This document shows positions 26,519 to 38,900 of a stretch of DNA of 64,000 nt, piece after piece; within the stretch, counting starts at the first letter, position 1; each line of letters begins with the position of its first letter. Both the position numbers and the translations under genes were made by a program. Source of the DNA: Phoronis australis (taxonomy: Eukaryota; Animalia; Phoronida); assembly GCA_002633005.1 (NCBI GenBank), contig NMRA01000983.1:1-64000 (forward strand), given 5' to 3'. The notes below the pieces were generated by a model. The model was given only the letters and a program-made list of their open reading frames with translations. It was not told where the DNA came from and made no database searches.

Positions 26519-26999
26519 TGTTGTCTTTGTGAATATATACTGCTAGGTCTCGTCTGGAAGCAATTAAAAATTAGTTACTAAGGTGACAATGGCTGTCACT
26601 GAAGGGTCGATAGAAAGTAAGGCATCGACGAAAGAAATAAACGGTATAGCAGTTTTGTTATTACATAAGTTTCTTCAGTGATGGGCTCTTCAACCGTTTA
26701 CATATATGTACATGTACATGTAACAGTGATTGACGTCGATATGTACTGAACCAGATGGGAATGTCTTCTTGATTGAATTGAAAACGTATTACCTCGAACC
26801 AGAATATTTTACGGGATCGTTACCTTCGTTTTAAGTTCATGGGTAAGCTAAACCATAGCTGTGTGTAAATGAACGTCAAAATCTACGAGAATTATATAAT
26901 TAAGGTAGGGTACATGTATCAGCGTAGTCAGAAACCAGTAATTTGATGACGTCAGGATTAAACCGTGGACAACGCCATACATATAGGTTTAAGGACGGG

Positions 27000-28600
27000 G
27001 AATGTCAAGAAAAGAAAGCCAGTGAAACATGGAGAAAAGAGAAAAATCAAGAACATTTTTGTCAACTACCAGTGCTTGAGGGCCTGGCCAGGACATTGCA
27101 TGTTAGGAGGCCTCATTTTTTGCTGCAACAATCATCCAAACGCACTTGAAAACGTGCGCTTACAGTCATTCATATACGTATTTCGAATGGAAATAATACA
27201 ATTTGTAAAGTACGCATGTCGCAGAGCATTCTAATCCACTGAGTATTTAAAATCTAGAAGACGATTTTAGAGAATTCAAAACTCTGTTTGTCCTGGGTCT
27301 CCTACATGTACCTGGCAAGGGATGACTTTGTCTTTTGTCACACTCGTTTTTCATATTCTTTCTAAATTGTATATTACTTGAAAAATGAAAACCTGATAGC
27401 ATTAAATATTGCTCGTTTTCTGTTTTTTTTTGAATTTATAGATTGTTTCATATTTAGGTGCGTGAGCTCTTGAAAAAAGCCTTTTGATGACATCCTTTTC
27501 ATGTTCTTGTTGATAACTTAGAGGCTGCTCACGGAGACAGGTCACAATGACGGAACGAATTGCCCCTATTTTCTCGAGTTTGTGAAATTGTACAACCTAT
27601 TTACGTTAAGGAGAGTCCCTTCTTCGAGGGTTACACTATTGTGGAATGAAATGCCAATATTTTCCATTATTTATTGATATCTAGCATTTCGTAAGAAAGG
27701 GCCCGCTTTGAGAAGGGGTCCTCTCATAGGGCAGCCCGGGTCTAAGGCCATTTTCCCATCTGTAAATCTGGCACTGTCAACACGAGGATAAGAAGATAAG
27801 ATTTCAAAGTCGTCGAAACATTAAAAAATCATGCAAACCACATCATTGCCAACACATTTGGTTCAAACAACTAAATGCTATTGCATTGAAAAATACAGTA
27901 CGATAGACCGCCATCGAAAAGGTGGAAGTTTGAAGATCTCAAAAACTATTAATTGTGAGTTTCACAAAATAAATATTTCCGATGTTTCTATGACGATGAA
28001 ACGTCAATACATTTTCCCGTATTATCATAAGAATTGGATTTGTTTTCAAGTTCGTTACTAGGAGTTGCTGGTATGAAACAGGCATATTTCGATCAAACTA
28101 TCTAGCTACCCCTGGAATGATCTCGGGGGCCCCAAACCCTGTGGGATGACTCGTCTCCCAACAATCCCCCATTGCCCGTTGGGAGTTGCTTATATTATTC
28201 TGTTTTGATGAACACAGAATGCATTTGTTTCTGATTTACAAGTTTATGAATCGTCTAATTATTGGTGATTTTAACAGCTGGAATCTAATAATGAAAGTAT
28301 TGACGAGGCTTCAGTGAACTTAGTTTCAGGATGAAATTCGGGGAACCGACCCTTATCATCTGATTCCAATAGCAATATACACTACTAACACGCTTTTTTC
28401 CGGCTGAAATAGCTCCAAGAATTTATGAGATTCAGACAGCTATACAAGGTGTCACAAAATGTAATCGTAGTTAAAATGACAATTCATTGTGCATTGACTT
28501 AGTAACGAGATTAAAGAATTTAAATCACAAATGGGAGATAAGGTGGAAAAGAGTTCTTTAAATCAAATTAAACGCATTGATCATTAACTTGGGAAGATTG
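27000..28600 (+). repeat. Diverged duplicated segment (paralog at ~42600-44400)
   Basis: Collinear shared blocks, e.g. gagggcc..ggccag.acattg, gtaaatc.g.cactg, gaagat.agatt.caaa, tgtttctgatt, aaatgacaat..ttgacttag. Confidence 0.65.
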
Positions 28601-28978
28601 TTCGATTTTGCCGAACTGCCTTTTTGTTTTTTAGTACCCGATAGGTATGGTATAACATATTTTTGTTCTGAAAAACTGAATTTGTTCATAAAAACACCGG
28701 AATCTGATCTTCGGGAATTGAATTTGCCTTCGCGTTCCTACACTAGACATGTGGAGAAATGAACTATCTTCTTGCACTGCTTGACTAAATCTGCACCTCA
28801 TGACTGACTTTTGAGCTACATGAAAGCTTTCTTGTGTGCTTTGGTTAGGTACAAATAGCTATTTGCTGTTCCCTCCCTCACTGGAACCATACAACCATGG
28901 GATTGGAATGAAAACTACAAACACACGCGGCTGAGGTTACACAGTGCATGCGTCACAGTTGTTTCATTCGTTTGTCCA

Positions 28979-29381
28979 GGGCCCGGTCTCTAATCTTTGT
29001 ACTCGAAACGAACTCGAAACTAATTTTGGCAATTTCTCTGCTCCTTTTGTGCGAACTTAAGATAATTGGTTATCAGACTGTGCTCGAATACATTATAGTT
29101 TATGCATAGGAGTTTCTAGTTCAAGTTTGCCCTTGAAGACCTTTATATTTGTGCTACAAACTTGAGTAAAATCTCGAAATTTCGAGTTCAAACTCGAACT
29201 TATTGCTTTAATATTGGGTTTACAAACTGTGAACTAAGGGCAATAAATTATCTACGTAAGTTATTGTGTACTCGAGCATAGAATAATAGACACATATCTT
29301 GAGTTCGCCCAAAAGTAGAGTAGAAAATGCCAAACCTAATTTCGAGTTCCATTTCGAGTAAAAAGATTGGAGACCGGGCCC
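28979..29381. mobile_element. ~400-bp MITE with ~40-bp TIRs (gggcccggtctc...gagaccgggccc)
   Basis: Clear TIR pair; a degenerate relative lies at ~40330-40680. Confidence 0.8.
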
Positions 29382-30154
29382 NNNNNNNNNNNNNNNNNNN
29401 NNNNNNNNNNNNNNNNNNNNNNNNNNNNNNNNNNNNNNNNNNNNNNNNNNNNNNNNNNNNNNNNNNNNNNNNNNNNNNNNNNNNNNNNNNNNNNNNNNNN
29501 NNNNNNNNNNNNNNNNNNNNNNNNNNNNNNNNNNNNNNNNNNNNNNNNNNNNNNNNNNNNNNNNNNNNNNNNNNNNNNNNNNNNNNNNNNNNNNNNNNNN
29601 NNNNNNNNNNNNNNNNNNNNNNNNNNNNNNNNNNNNNNNNNNNNNNNNNNNNNNNNNNNNNNNNNNNNNNNNNNNNNNNNNNNNNNNNNNNNNNNNNNNN
29701 NNNNNNNNNNNNNNNNNNNNNNNNNNNNNNNNNNNNNNNNNNNNNNNNNNNNNNNNNNNNNNNNNNNNNNNNNNNNNNNNNNNNNNNNNNNNNNNNNNNN
29801 NNNNNNNNNNNNNNNNNNNNNNNNNNNNNNNNNNNNNNNNNNNNNNNNNNNNNNNNNNNNNNNNNNNNNNNNNNNNNNNNNNNNNNNNNNNNNNNNNNNN
29901 NNNNNNNNNNNNNNNNNNNNNNNNNNNNNNNNNNNNNNNNNNNNNNNNNNNNNNNNNNNNNNNNNNNNNNNNNNNNNNNNNNNNNNNNNNNNNNNNNNNN
30001 NNNNNNNNNNNNNNNNNNNNNNNNNNNNNNNNNNNNNNNNNNNNNNNNNNNNNNNNNNNNNNNNNNNNNNNNNNNNNNNNNNNNNNNNNNNNNNNNNNNN
30101 NNNNNNNNNNNNNNNNNNNNNNNNNNNNNNNNNNNNNNNNNNNNNNNNNNNNNN
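29382..30154. other. Assembly gap (N run)
   Basis: Run of N. Confidence 1.
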
Positions 30155-30164
30155 TTGCAGGTTG

Positions 30165-30335
30165 TTATAGCCCAGTTGGCTGTTTGGTGTACCCACTTGG
30201 TACTTTATATGATATTTGCCCATTTGGCAGTTTGTACCCACTTGGTACTTGTTATTGAATTTGCCGCTTTGCTCGACCCAGTTGGTAGGCAATCGGCCAA
30301 TACCCATTTGGTATTAAGTACCCATTTGGTACTAT
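30165..30335. repeat. Short tandem sub-repeats (tacccacttggtact) next to the gap
   Basis: Four or more variants of accca(c/t)ttggtact. Confidence 0.6.
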
Positions 30336-31669
30336 GCTAACCTGTGCCACTTAGTATCCGATACTCAGTTACACTTAGGGTATCGGAAATGTGTGTGTTA
30401 TCTCTTGTAATTAAGGAACCCATCTGGTTCCTTCTGTGAAATATTTATTTGTAGAGCTGTGACCCTGAAATCCCCAATACAACTTAAAATGTTTATTATT
30501 CTTGTTGTTTTATTTGTCCCCAATAATTATAAATTAATTGGATCTTTGAAACCGTTTCATCGGTAAAAAATCAGGACACCTTTGCATGTAACACTTACAA
30601 AAACATTAGCTAATTACTCCAATTACCCATCTGAAATTTGCAGATGTGGGTTTCTGACAGTGAAACACATTTTTGTCATGCTACAAAATAATACAACTGG
30701 GAAATAACAATACTCTAGGCGAAAAGACAAGGTTATTTGGAACACCTATTGCTCAACATTCGAAAATAAAAACCTAACAACCTACTGGACTGAAAAGTGG
30801 GATATCCGGATCTTTGCCAAAACGCGAGGGTGGAATGTTCACAGAAACATAAAAACGTCCCATCGCAGTTTTTGTCGAACGGGAAATTGGCAAAGGTGTC
30901 ACAAAAAATCATGATACGTCTCGTTTTTTCCTTTTTAGTTGAATGGGAAAAAAGTGTTGTGTCGCATGGAAAATTACAATAGTACATGATAATTTGTCAG
31001 TTCCCCTGTGTCAAAGGTCAAAGAGCGAGACATTTTTGATAGTGCGGCGCGATGACGGGAAAAATGGAACATGAGAGAGTTCGTAAAGAGCGGGACAGTT
31101 GATAAGTACAATGTAAGCGGTCGGTAACACAAAGCATTGGTAAACGTCGCTGTTACATGTACATCACGGATATAATTATGTAAATAGACAACGCTGTGGC
31201 TCATAAATGGGATTAGCATTGTATCTGGCCAACAGGTAAACACTGGAAAAATAAATGATTACAGAAAAATCAGTAATAGTATGTGCATGCATAATCGCAC
31301 TTAGCTACGTAAATAAGTACACGGTTATGTTTTCGAAAAACACGTAAGCAAGTCTGTTAATGAACTCGGTTCATTTATAATTGCTAAAAAAGCTCTCAGA
31401 AACCTAATGCCACCATGATTTAAACACCTATAAATGTCTTGCTGAAAGCCTTCCAACATGTAGTTTGAGAGTTTGGCGAAAGTGACCCTGAAGATTGAAG
31501 ATGGAGATATATCAGTGATATCCTGCCCGGGCCTTGGGTCCGTTCGTGTAAAGAATGAATAGCGTAAGTGTCGGTTTGTTGATTAATGTTGCCAAATTAC
31601 TGGTTGTCTGGAACCGTACCTGAAGTGTCTCGCTTGTTGAATACATTACCAACAAAAATGACAAAACGA

Positions 31670-32165
31670 AAACTAGAAAGATTATTGACAATAATGGACT
31701 CTGTGCGTGTGTATTAAACGAATTGTTATGGGAAGTTACTGACAGCAACCCGTTAACCAATTTGAAAAGGAATTCTTTAAAGTTGTAGGAAAAATAACAT
31801 GTTAATATTTTGATGACCTTTCCACTAATTGACCTCTTTCGGTGCATTATGAGCATGGATGAGAGGATAATTATAAACTCGATTAAAAGTGTTGTTAATG
31901 CTAAGAATCACAAATGTTTTACTTTAAGTAGTTTAGAATACAACATGAATGAATTGGTCAAACTTTGAGAAGAAAAATGAACCAAATGACCCCATGGGTG
32001 CACCAAATGATCTGATAATTTAGAATTCAAACTCAATCACGTACCTGTACCCAATTTGGAGTTATTAATGGTCAAAGTTGGTCGGAAGAAGAATAAGAAG
32101 AATAAGAATAAAATTGAAGAAAACCCAGGAACAACAGCATTCTGCGCCTACACGCGCAGAGTAAT
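31670..32165. mobile_element. Internally deleted copy of the HINE-like family at 10678
   Basis: Same start (aactagaaagattattg) and same terminal hairpin tctgcgcctacacgcgcagagtaat. Confidence 0.75.
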
Positions 32166-33119
32166 GAAGCAAGGAAAAAAGGCTGCAATTGATAACTAAA
32201 TACACAAAATTCAGGAGAGGGGACAACCAAACATTCACAATGCAAACTCTCATGACCATTCGCATGGAATCTGGGAACACTAAAATGCATGGATCACGCG
32301 TGAAAGTTGGAATTTCAGTCATAGAGTTTTGTGCTTGGAAATGTTTACAGCTTTACGCACCTGGAAATTCCCTAGCGTAAGGCTTGCGTGTACGCAAACA
32401 CGATTATTAGACAAGCTGTACGAAAATGTGACATTTCTATAACATATTTCAGACTTTAAAAAATAAGCTAACAATTGTAGTGAAAGAAACCCTAAGTTTA
32501 ACCCGATAGATGGCTACCATTTTGATGTCGTAGATTCGACTTTTTACAAAATGAGAATAATTCCAATATCTGAAATTTATCGTTTTAGTGGTAAAAGTCA
32601 ACATTTTCGCACTTCGCAATTTTTTTAATGCCTCTTAAAGGAGAATGCCACCCGATTTAATTAGTTTTTTTACCTTCTTAATCGGTCTATATCCACGTCA
32701 CCTCGTATGCGGTTGATCGAACCTCGCTGAGAGGTGTTGCGTTAACGCGTGAGGAAGGTGAGAAACGACGCAGTGACGTCTGTGGTTCTTCTGCAGAGTG
32801 AGTGCCGGTATCGTGTGGCTTATCGATTCCGCTTGTGCGATCTATGAAGCTGCGAGAAAAGCGGGTATATCGTTTTTTTTTTTCGATTTCCTCGAGAGCC
32901 CATCATGTTTCAGACGTGGCTCGCGGTAGTGAAGAATGAAAAGTACGCCGTAAATACCAAGTATGAGGCCTTGAAAGTTCTCTGTGTCTGTCTGTGGCCT
33001 ACATTTCGTCGGATCGGTTGTTGATCAGTTTTTGATTATGGAGAATTGTAGTTGGCCATGAAAACATAAAGAATTACAATTAATTCAAGGCGTGAGGACA
33101 TAACATTTTATGTAACCTG

Positions 33120-33990
33120 TTCGATAACTGACTCGTTCGTGAGGCTTCTGTTTGGTCCTCTGGGTGTAGGATGTTTTCCCCAGTTCTTTTTCTCAGCCCT
33201 AAAATCGTCATAAGTACACCTCTGTTTAGATGCGGTGCAAAATCAGGGTGTTCTGTAAGACACATCTGCGCTTCTCCATGGAAGCGTTTCTCTTGCGAGG
33301 TTTCGTGGCAGCAAACGCAAGCGTCAGTCGCTTCCGTCATCGTGCAGTTACCTCAGTGACACCATGGTAAGTCATTAAAACAGTTTCCGGAACTATCCAG
33401 ATGTTGCGTTGTCTGTGCACGTTCACGGAGCCTCTCTATTATTTCATTCTTTATTTATCTGTACACATGGCCATCGGCCCAAAGTACAACAAACAAGCAA
33501 ACAAGATCATTGGAGTGCTATCCACACTAGTCAGTGGTACACAAGCTGTTCCGTTTTTAGATGCGTAGTGTACATATTTTAAAACTAAGGTATCGAGATT
33601 ACATAAATGTCCATGAATTGTTAAACAAAGAGGGACTTGTCCAGAGGCTCTCACTCAGAAAGTTTGCTCGGGTTTCGGAAAAAGCGTCCTAAACTAACGA
33701 AAAATTGAAATTCATCCACACAATTCTTCGAGCATAATGTACACAATGTGTCTTGATATATCATATTTACGTGACGACCAGTTTCTACTGCCAGTCTGTG
33801 GTTTGCACATCGAAAACGTGTAAAACTTTGCACGAACACTCTTGGAAGATTATCAATTTCTAAATAGCTTTCATATTTAAATACAACCTAAAAAATTATT
33901 ATTATTTCTTGATCAATGTATTCCGGTTCGAACTGATAGTCCATAAAACCTAACGATCAACCTGCGAAGTCTTCGTCGGAATTGCGAGTT
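33120..33990 (-). pseudogene. KolX / P2RX7-C-terminus-like gene interrupted by a LINE
   Basis: With the LINE removed it reads GFMDYQFEPEYIDQEIIERLRE...LPWCH*GNCTMTEATDACVCCHE...CLTEHPDF. Confidence 0.75.
33446..33899 (-). mobile_element. 5'-truncated non-LTR retrotransposon 3' end with a 9-bp TSD (tattatttc at 33437-33445 and 33900-33908)
   Basis: FTRFRCANHRLAVETGRH...LCTLC...DEFQF is a typical LINE ORF2 C-terminal motif; AATAAA lies at the 3' end; TSD present. Confidence 0.85.
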
Positions 33991-35644
33991 GACGTTTATT
34001 AGGCATTCTGCAGTTCAAAATCATTCTCACCCAAAACCAATGCTTATATAAACTGAAACAAAGACTGTCTCATTAGATACATGTACAATTAGCAATGCCT
34101 TGGAGTGTTCGTGAGTGCTAGTCTTCTTGAGGAGCCAGCAATGAATAAATCGCTGTGTTTGCAGGCTTTAGATGCAATGAACTACATGTAATTGACCGGG
34201 CACCGAGGCCGTGTGAGCGCATGCTCATTCAGTGTTTGCTGACAGAGAGCTGATGTGAAACACAATAATTCGATTTTATATCTTATGGTCAGATGTTAGG
34301 GGACTATTTATTTAGTTTATTGATACACATTATTCGAATCATTCGTATTGTACAACTTTTGCCCTGACGGTTCTGTAGAAGGGTAACCTGACTTCGCGGC
34401 CTCCGACGAGCTAGTAAGAAGACTTGCAGTTTTGCAGCTAATTCACCAAAATAATCACATCCTTTTTTTTTCTTTAGCTCACTTATTTAGTCTAGTTTAG
34501 CTTCCAACTTTGGCTGTTTTTTGTTCGTGCGATGGGCCTGATCAAATTGCGAGCCACTGGCTGTGATACCAATTGTTTTGAGTGTTAAGAACTGAAAAAA
34601 TCGCGTCTAAAATTACAACACACAGCTATTTTCTCTTGTCTACATTTCACGGACCAAGAATTTGAATTTATCACCAAACTCCTGCGACCGACCTAACAAA
34701 CTTTATAGGCTACGATGTGTTCAAGTACCTAAAAATCCGATACAGCGAAATAAAATAACACGTTTGTTCAATAAATTGATGTGTTTTCAAGGATTTTACA
34801 TCGAATTCTGATGATTTATTGGTGTAAAACGATGATCTGAAGCGATAAGATGACACCAGAAAGCGTGTTGTGAACTGCTGAACAGACGGCATTCGAACCT
34901 CTGACGTCATCGATTAATTTCAACACTTCCATGTGCCGTCAGATGCCAGATTTAAGAGCAGTTCTTGCTGACATCGACTGGAACTATTCAATCTAAATTG
35001 ATACAAACTAGGTTGTTTTTTGGGTGGCATTCTCTTCTAACTCTTCTGAAAGGTTTACATTCTCTACTACAGACAACCAACTCTGGAACATTACATCTCT
35101 CAGCTTTTGTTTGACTTGTCACAGAAAATATTGTTTATTACCTACGTCCATGTTCAACCATACATTGACCAAAGCCGGATGTATACAACAAAAATGCTAC
35201 GTTAACACCAATTAACCGTGCAATTGCTTTTCATATGTCCCCAAAAACATTGGTTGGGAGCTCTATCAATTTGAATTTCCAATATTTTAAAAAGTATTTT
35301 ACAAACCTACACATGTAAGACACCGACTTATCAGACAGCTACTATTTGTGTATACAATGTACATTCGCAGCTTCCGCGGCTCTTGCCCACCAATCTAATG
35401 ACGCCGCGATTCCAAATTGTACAAATAAACTTTCAATACTCGCAATAGGCAGATGTACGTTAATATTTACGTGCACCATTATTCGTGTGGCAAAGTAATT
35501 GCTTTCATCTAAACGATCTATGTCTCGGAATGGTCTCCTTTTTCGTGATTATTAATTGTTTCTATTATAGCATTCATATTCTTCGGAAGCTCGTCACAAA
35601 TTCTTGTCGTCACCATTTATTCATTGGTGCTTTTGATAAGCATA

Positions 35645-35935
35645 GTTTTGGGGTCACTGAGCTCTGCATGTTATTGAGAGAATCAGTAGCATGCTGGTCC
35701 TCAATGGCCAATGACTCCTTGATGTACAACAATTCCTTTGCAATAACATGGAGAGCTCAGTGACCCTACACTGTACAACTATGTTGATGATCTACCTACA
35801 TGTACTATTCCCTGTATCTCTCACTCTCATTTCACCACATGGATGTGACTTGAATGATAATCGACACTTGTTGTCCTACTGTACATATCCTGATGATGTT
35901 TTATGAATAGACGAAACGTTGAGTTAACATGATCT
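35645..35935 (+). mobile_element. Penelope-like remnant: inverted segment, GIY-YIG-tail-like peptide, hammerhead-like core
   Basis: Inverted repeat gggtcactgagctc..gttattg / caataac..gagctcagtgaccc. Minus strand reads LLYIKESLAI...SLN. CTGATGA-stem-GAAACGTT at 35890-35920. Confidence 0.45.
35884..35926 (+). ncRNA. Degenerate minimal type I hammerhead ribozyme motif
   Basis: cCTGATGAtgttttatgaatagacGAAACGTTgag; the core is intact but the stems are imperfect. Confidence 0.4.
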
Positions 35936-38900
35936 TTTTTATTCGTGCGGCGATTGTCCGTTCCTAATCGTACTATGGCCAAAAGTGATGTAATAAACAA
36001 AACAGAGTTCCTACTCGAGATTGCCTACTCCTAACTGCTGTTTACTGCACCTATAGATGTAACGTTTCCAGACAGAACAACTGCAATTGATGGCGTTCTA
36101 TAACTTATAAATTACAAAGAAAACGTGTAGTCTAAATGTGAAAAATTGCGATTAGTATTTAATGACACACAATCCTTCAAAAGCGTTGCCTCAGTTACCA
36201 AAAAATGCACGTATAATGCAAAATGAACTTACCCAAGCTGCCTTCTAAATAGATACAGTATTATCTAAACCATTATGGCTTAGTACACTAAAATTTTCTT
36301 CACCGGTTATCATTCGTTGAGGTGGGTAAGACTTGTTCGGAAATCGTGGTCTGGTCCTTCCTGTGGCCGTGATTCGGGAAATGCGGGCGCTAACTGATGT
36401 ATTGCGGGTATGGAGATCGAAAACATTTGAATCAAGGAATCTTAAAAAAGGTTAAAAGCCTGGGAACCGGGAACGGGACTCCCTTTCCCCCCTATTTGTT
36501 ATTATCATGTTGACTGTGCGACAATGTGCACTACGCTTGCACTAAGCCGATATTCTCTCGGCTTACAGTTACAATTTCTCTGTCGCAGATCCGAAACAAC
36601 GGACATACATAGGTCAGTTTTATTGCTCCAGTCGATAGGTTATTTGAAAATTCTTGTCTTCTTGCATCGAAAACCCTACAACTGAAAGCACATACTCCTG
36701 AGGAAATTTAGGATAAGATACTTTTTGGAGGCAGTTTTTGTCCAAAAATCAAGTTTGAGCTTCACTAAAACACGAAAAAGAGGGTGCTCAAGACCGCGAA
36801 AGGGAAAAGGGTGATATGGATGAATGGTCCCCTCCTAAGCTAGGGCTTCTATGTATGAAAGAATTCAAATTTTAAAAATCAGGAAATGAGCAGCAGTTAA
36901 TGTTATCATAACGGCCCCTCTCCGTAAGGGCCATCTCCGTGAGGCCCCACTCTGTGAGGTTCCCAATTGACATGTATTTCAAATGAAATACATGTACAAT
37001 TTTAAAAACGCAAAAACAGAACCACATATTTCATCCCCTACCAGAGAGAGGTCGCCGGAGAATTTCACTGTGTTCCCTGAAATTGTTTTATTGACTTTAA
37101 AAGCCTGAATCAACTTTGCTCTGTAAATATGTACGCAAGAAGATAACCGTATATTTTTGAAGAATGATTAAAAATATGTTTTAAGGGCGTTTAGAAAATC
37201 AATACTGAAAAACGGAGGCTCCCAATCAAAAATGTTTTGGCCAGCTTCCCGCAGGTGCACAGGTAGTAGAAAATACTCTCTTAAAGTTCCCTTTTACCAT
37301 GGTTATATGGCTAAAAATGAAATTTAATTATGCATTTCACTCTTATAAAATCGATCTCAAAATTCTCCTTGCCCTGGCAGAATTCTATTCCCGTTGCCAA
37401 AACGAACATCGAAATCATCACCTATTCCAAAACAAGTGGCTACCCTTGGTTATCTGGATAAAACCAAATCGAATTAGGCATTTTAGTCTCATAAACTCGA
37501 TCTCGAAATAATCTTCACCTTGACATAATTCTATTTCCGCTACCAAAGAGAACTTCAAAGCCACCAGCGACTGACAAGCGACGCTTCAGTTTTTATTGGG
37601 CCTGAACAACGATAGTATTACTAACTCGAAAATGACAACTGTAAGCCTTGCCTGTGAACTGAGTTGTCAAATCACTCAACAAAATTTCAAGATTGGGTGT
37701 GCTTAATAATATTTCAAGCCCCAAAGCGCGTCCGATATCAATTCTACATTGACAGCTAAGCAGCGGCGAAATGCTACAGAAAACTTTAAATTCTCGCACT
37801 GTTACGTGTTTCGATATATCTTTCTTTTCTTAACTGCCCAATGCCCTACGTGTATGATGGTCCTCACGGTCTCACCCTGGATCCCGCAAATTATTGAGGG
37901 GAGTGCCCCAGCCCCCTGCTTCACTGATCATGAACTGGGTTTAGTATCCTTTAACGTTTCAAATTGTAAGGACTAGGTCAACTGGCATTATTGATTCCGT
38001 AAATCTTGCAAATGCCGCCTTCTGTTCAGGCAGCGGTTCAATTTTCACACACAGCATGTACTTCGTTCTAGATCCAGGCGTAAAAGGTTTTCAACCAAAG
38101 AACCTATTTTACTGCTTACTGGATGGAAGAAGAGCTTAGGTCACGAATTTTTGTCCGACCTTTCGGAAACTAGTCGAAGAACAATCATCGACCGGTGGGT
38201 AAATAGCCGATTAGTTGGTTATTTTAACCGACCTGTAGCAGACAGCACAACCGACTGCTGTTACGACTCGAACACTAACTATTGAATATTCACTTTAAAT
38301 ACATGCATGTATTTGCAGGCTCCTACTGTAGAATATATAATATATAATGTATAGCAGGAAGTAAACGGCTATGCTTTTTAGCATAATCTACGCCAAACAA
38401 AGTGCAGTTGCTATCACTGACATTGTGCAAATGTGAAAACCATAAGATCTTAAAACATGTGACTTTTGCACTAATGACGTACCTCGCGGGTTCACGTAGA
38501 CCGCATCATACAGTTTGATTCCCCAGCACCACGTCACAATACTTACTGGACATGGTTCAGTAATTTGTGGTGAATCATTTTTGCCACAAAATTCTTTCTT
38601 AAAAACATTTGGAAGTTTTCTAGCTACTTAATATTCACGTCGTCGCCATATTGTGTTTTACTATGGCCAAGCAATCATAGAGATAAGTAATCATGCTGGA
38701 ATTCCCACTTTAGATAAAATTGCACCTGTCGCCACGCCATATCTAGCGTTGTTTCATTGTCATTAGTTTGACTATGGTTGCTTTAAAAAATACGCATCAG
38801 CGTGCGGTAAGAATTGTTTCTTGCGAGGTTTTCCGAACCACGTGACGACTGCAGTGAGAACCTAGCCAACAACTCTTCGGAGATCACTGCTTGTCAGCTA

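Larger units (their letters stand above)
32639..35036 (-). mobile_element. Kolobok DNA transposon derivative carrying a KolX (P2X7-cytoplasmic-like) pseudogene
   Basis: TTAA|aggagaatgccaccc ... gggtggcattctctt|ctaa: 15-bp TIR with a TTAA target, mutated on the right. Confidence 0.8.

Noticed and set aside
29327-30340. Long ORFs across the gap
   Set aside because: Artefacts of the N run.
36233-36244. 12-nt micro-exon candidate on the minus strand (tttag|aaggcagcttgg|gtaagt)
   Set aside because: No neighbouring exons to connect it to; such matches arise by chance.
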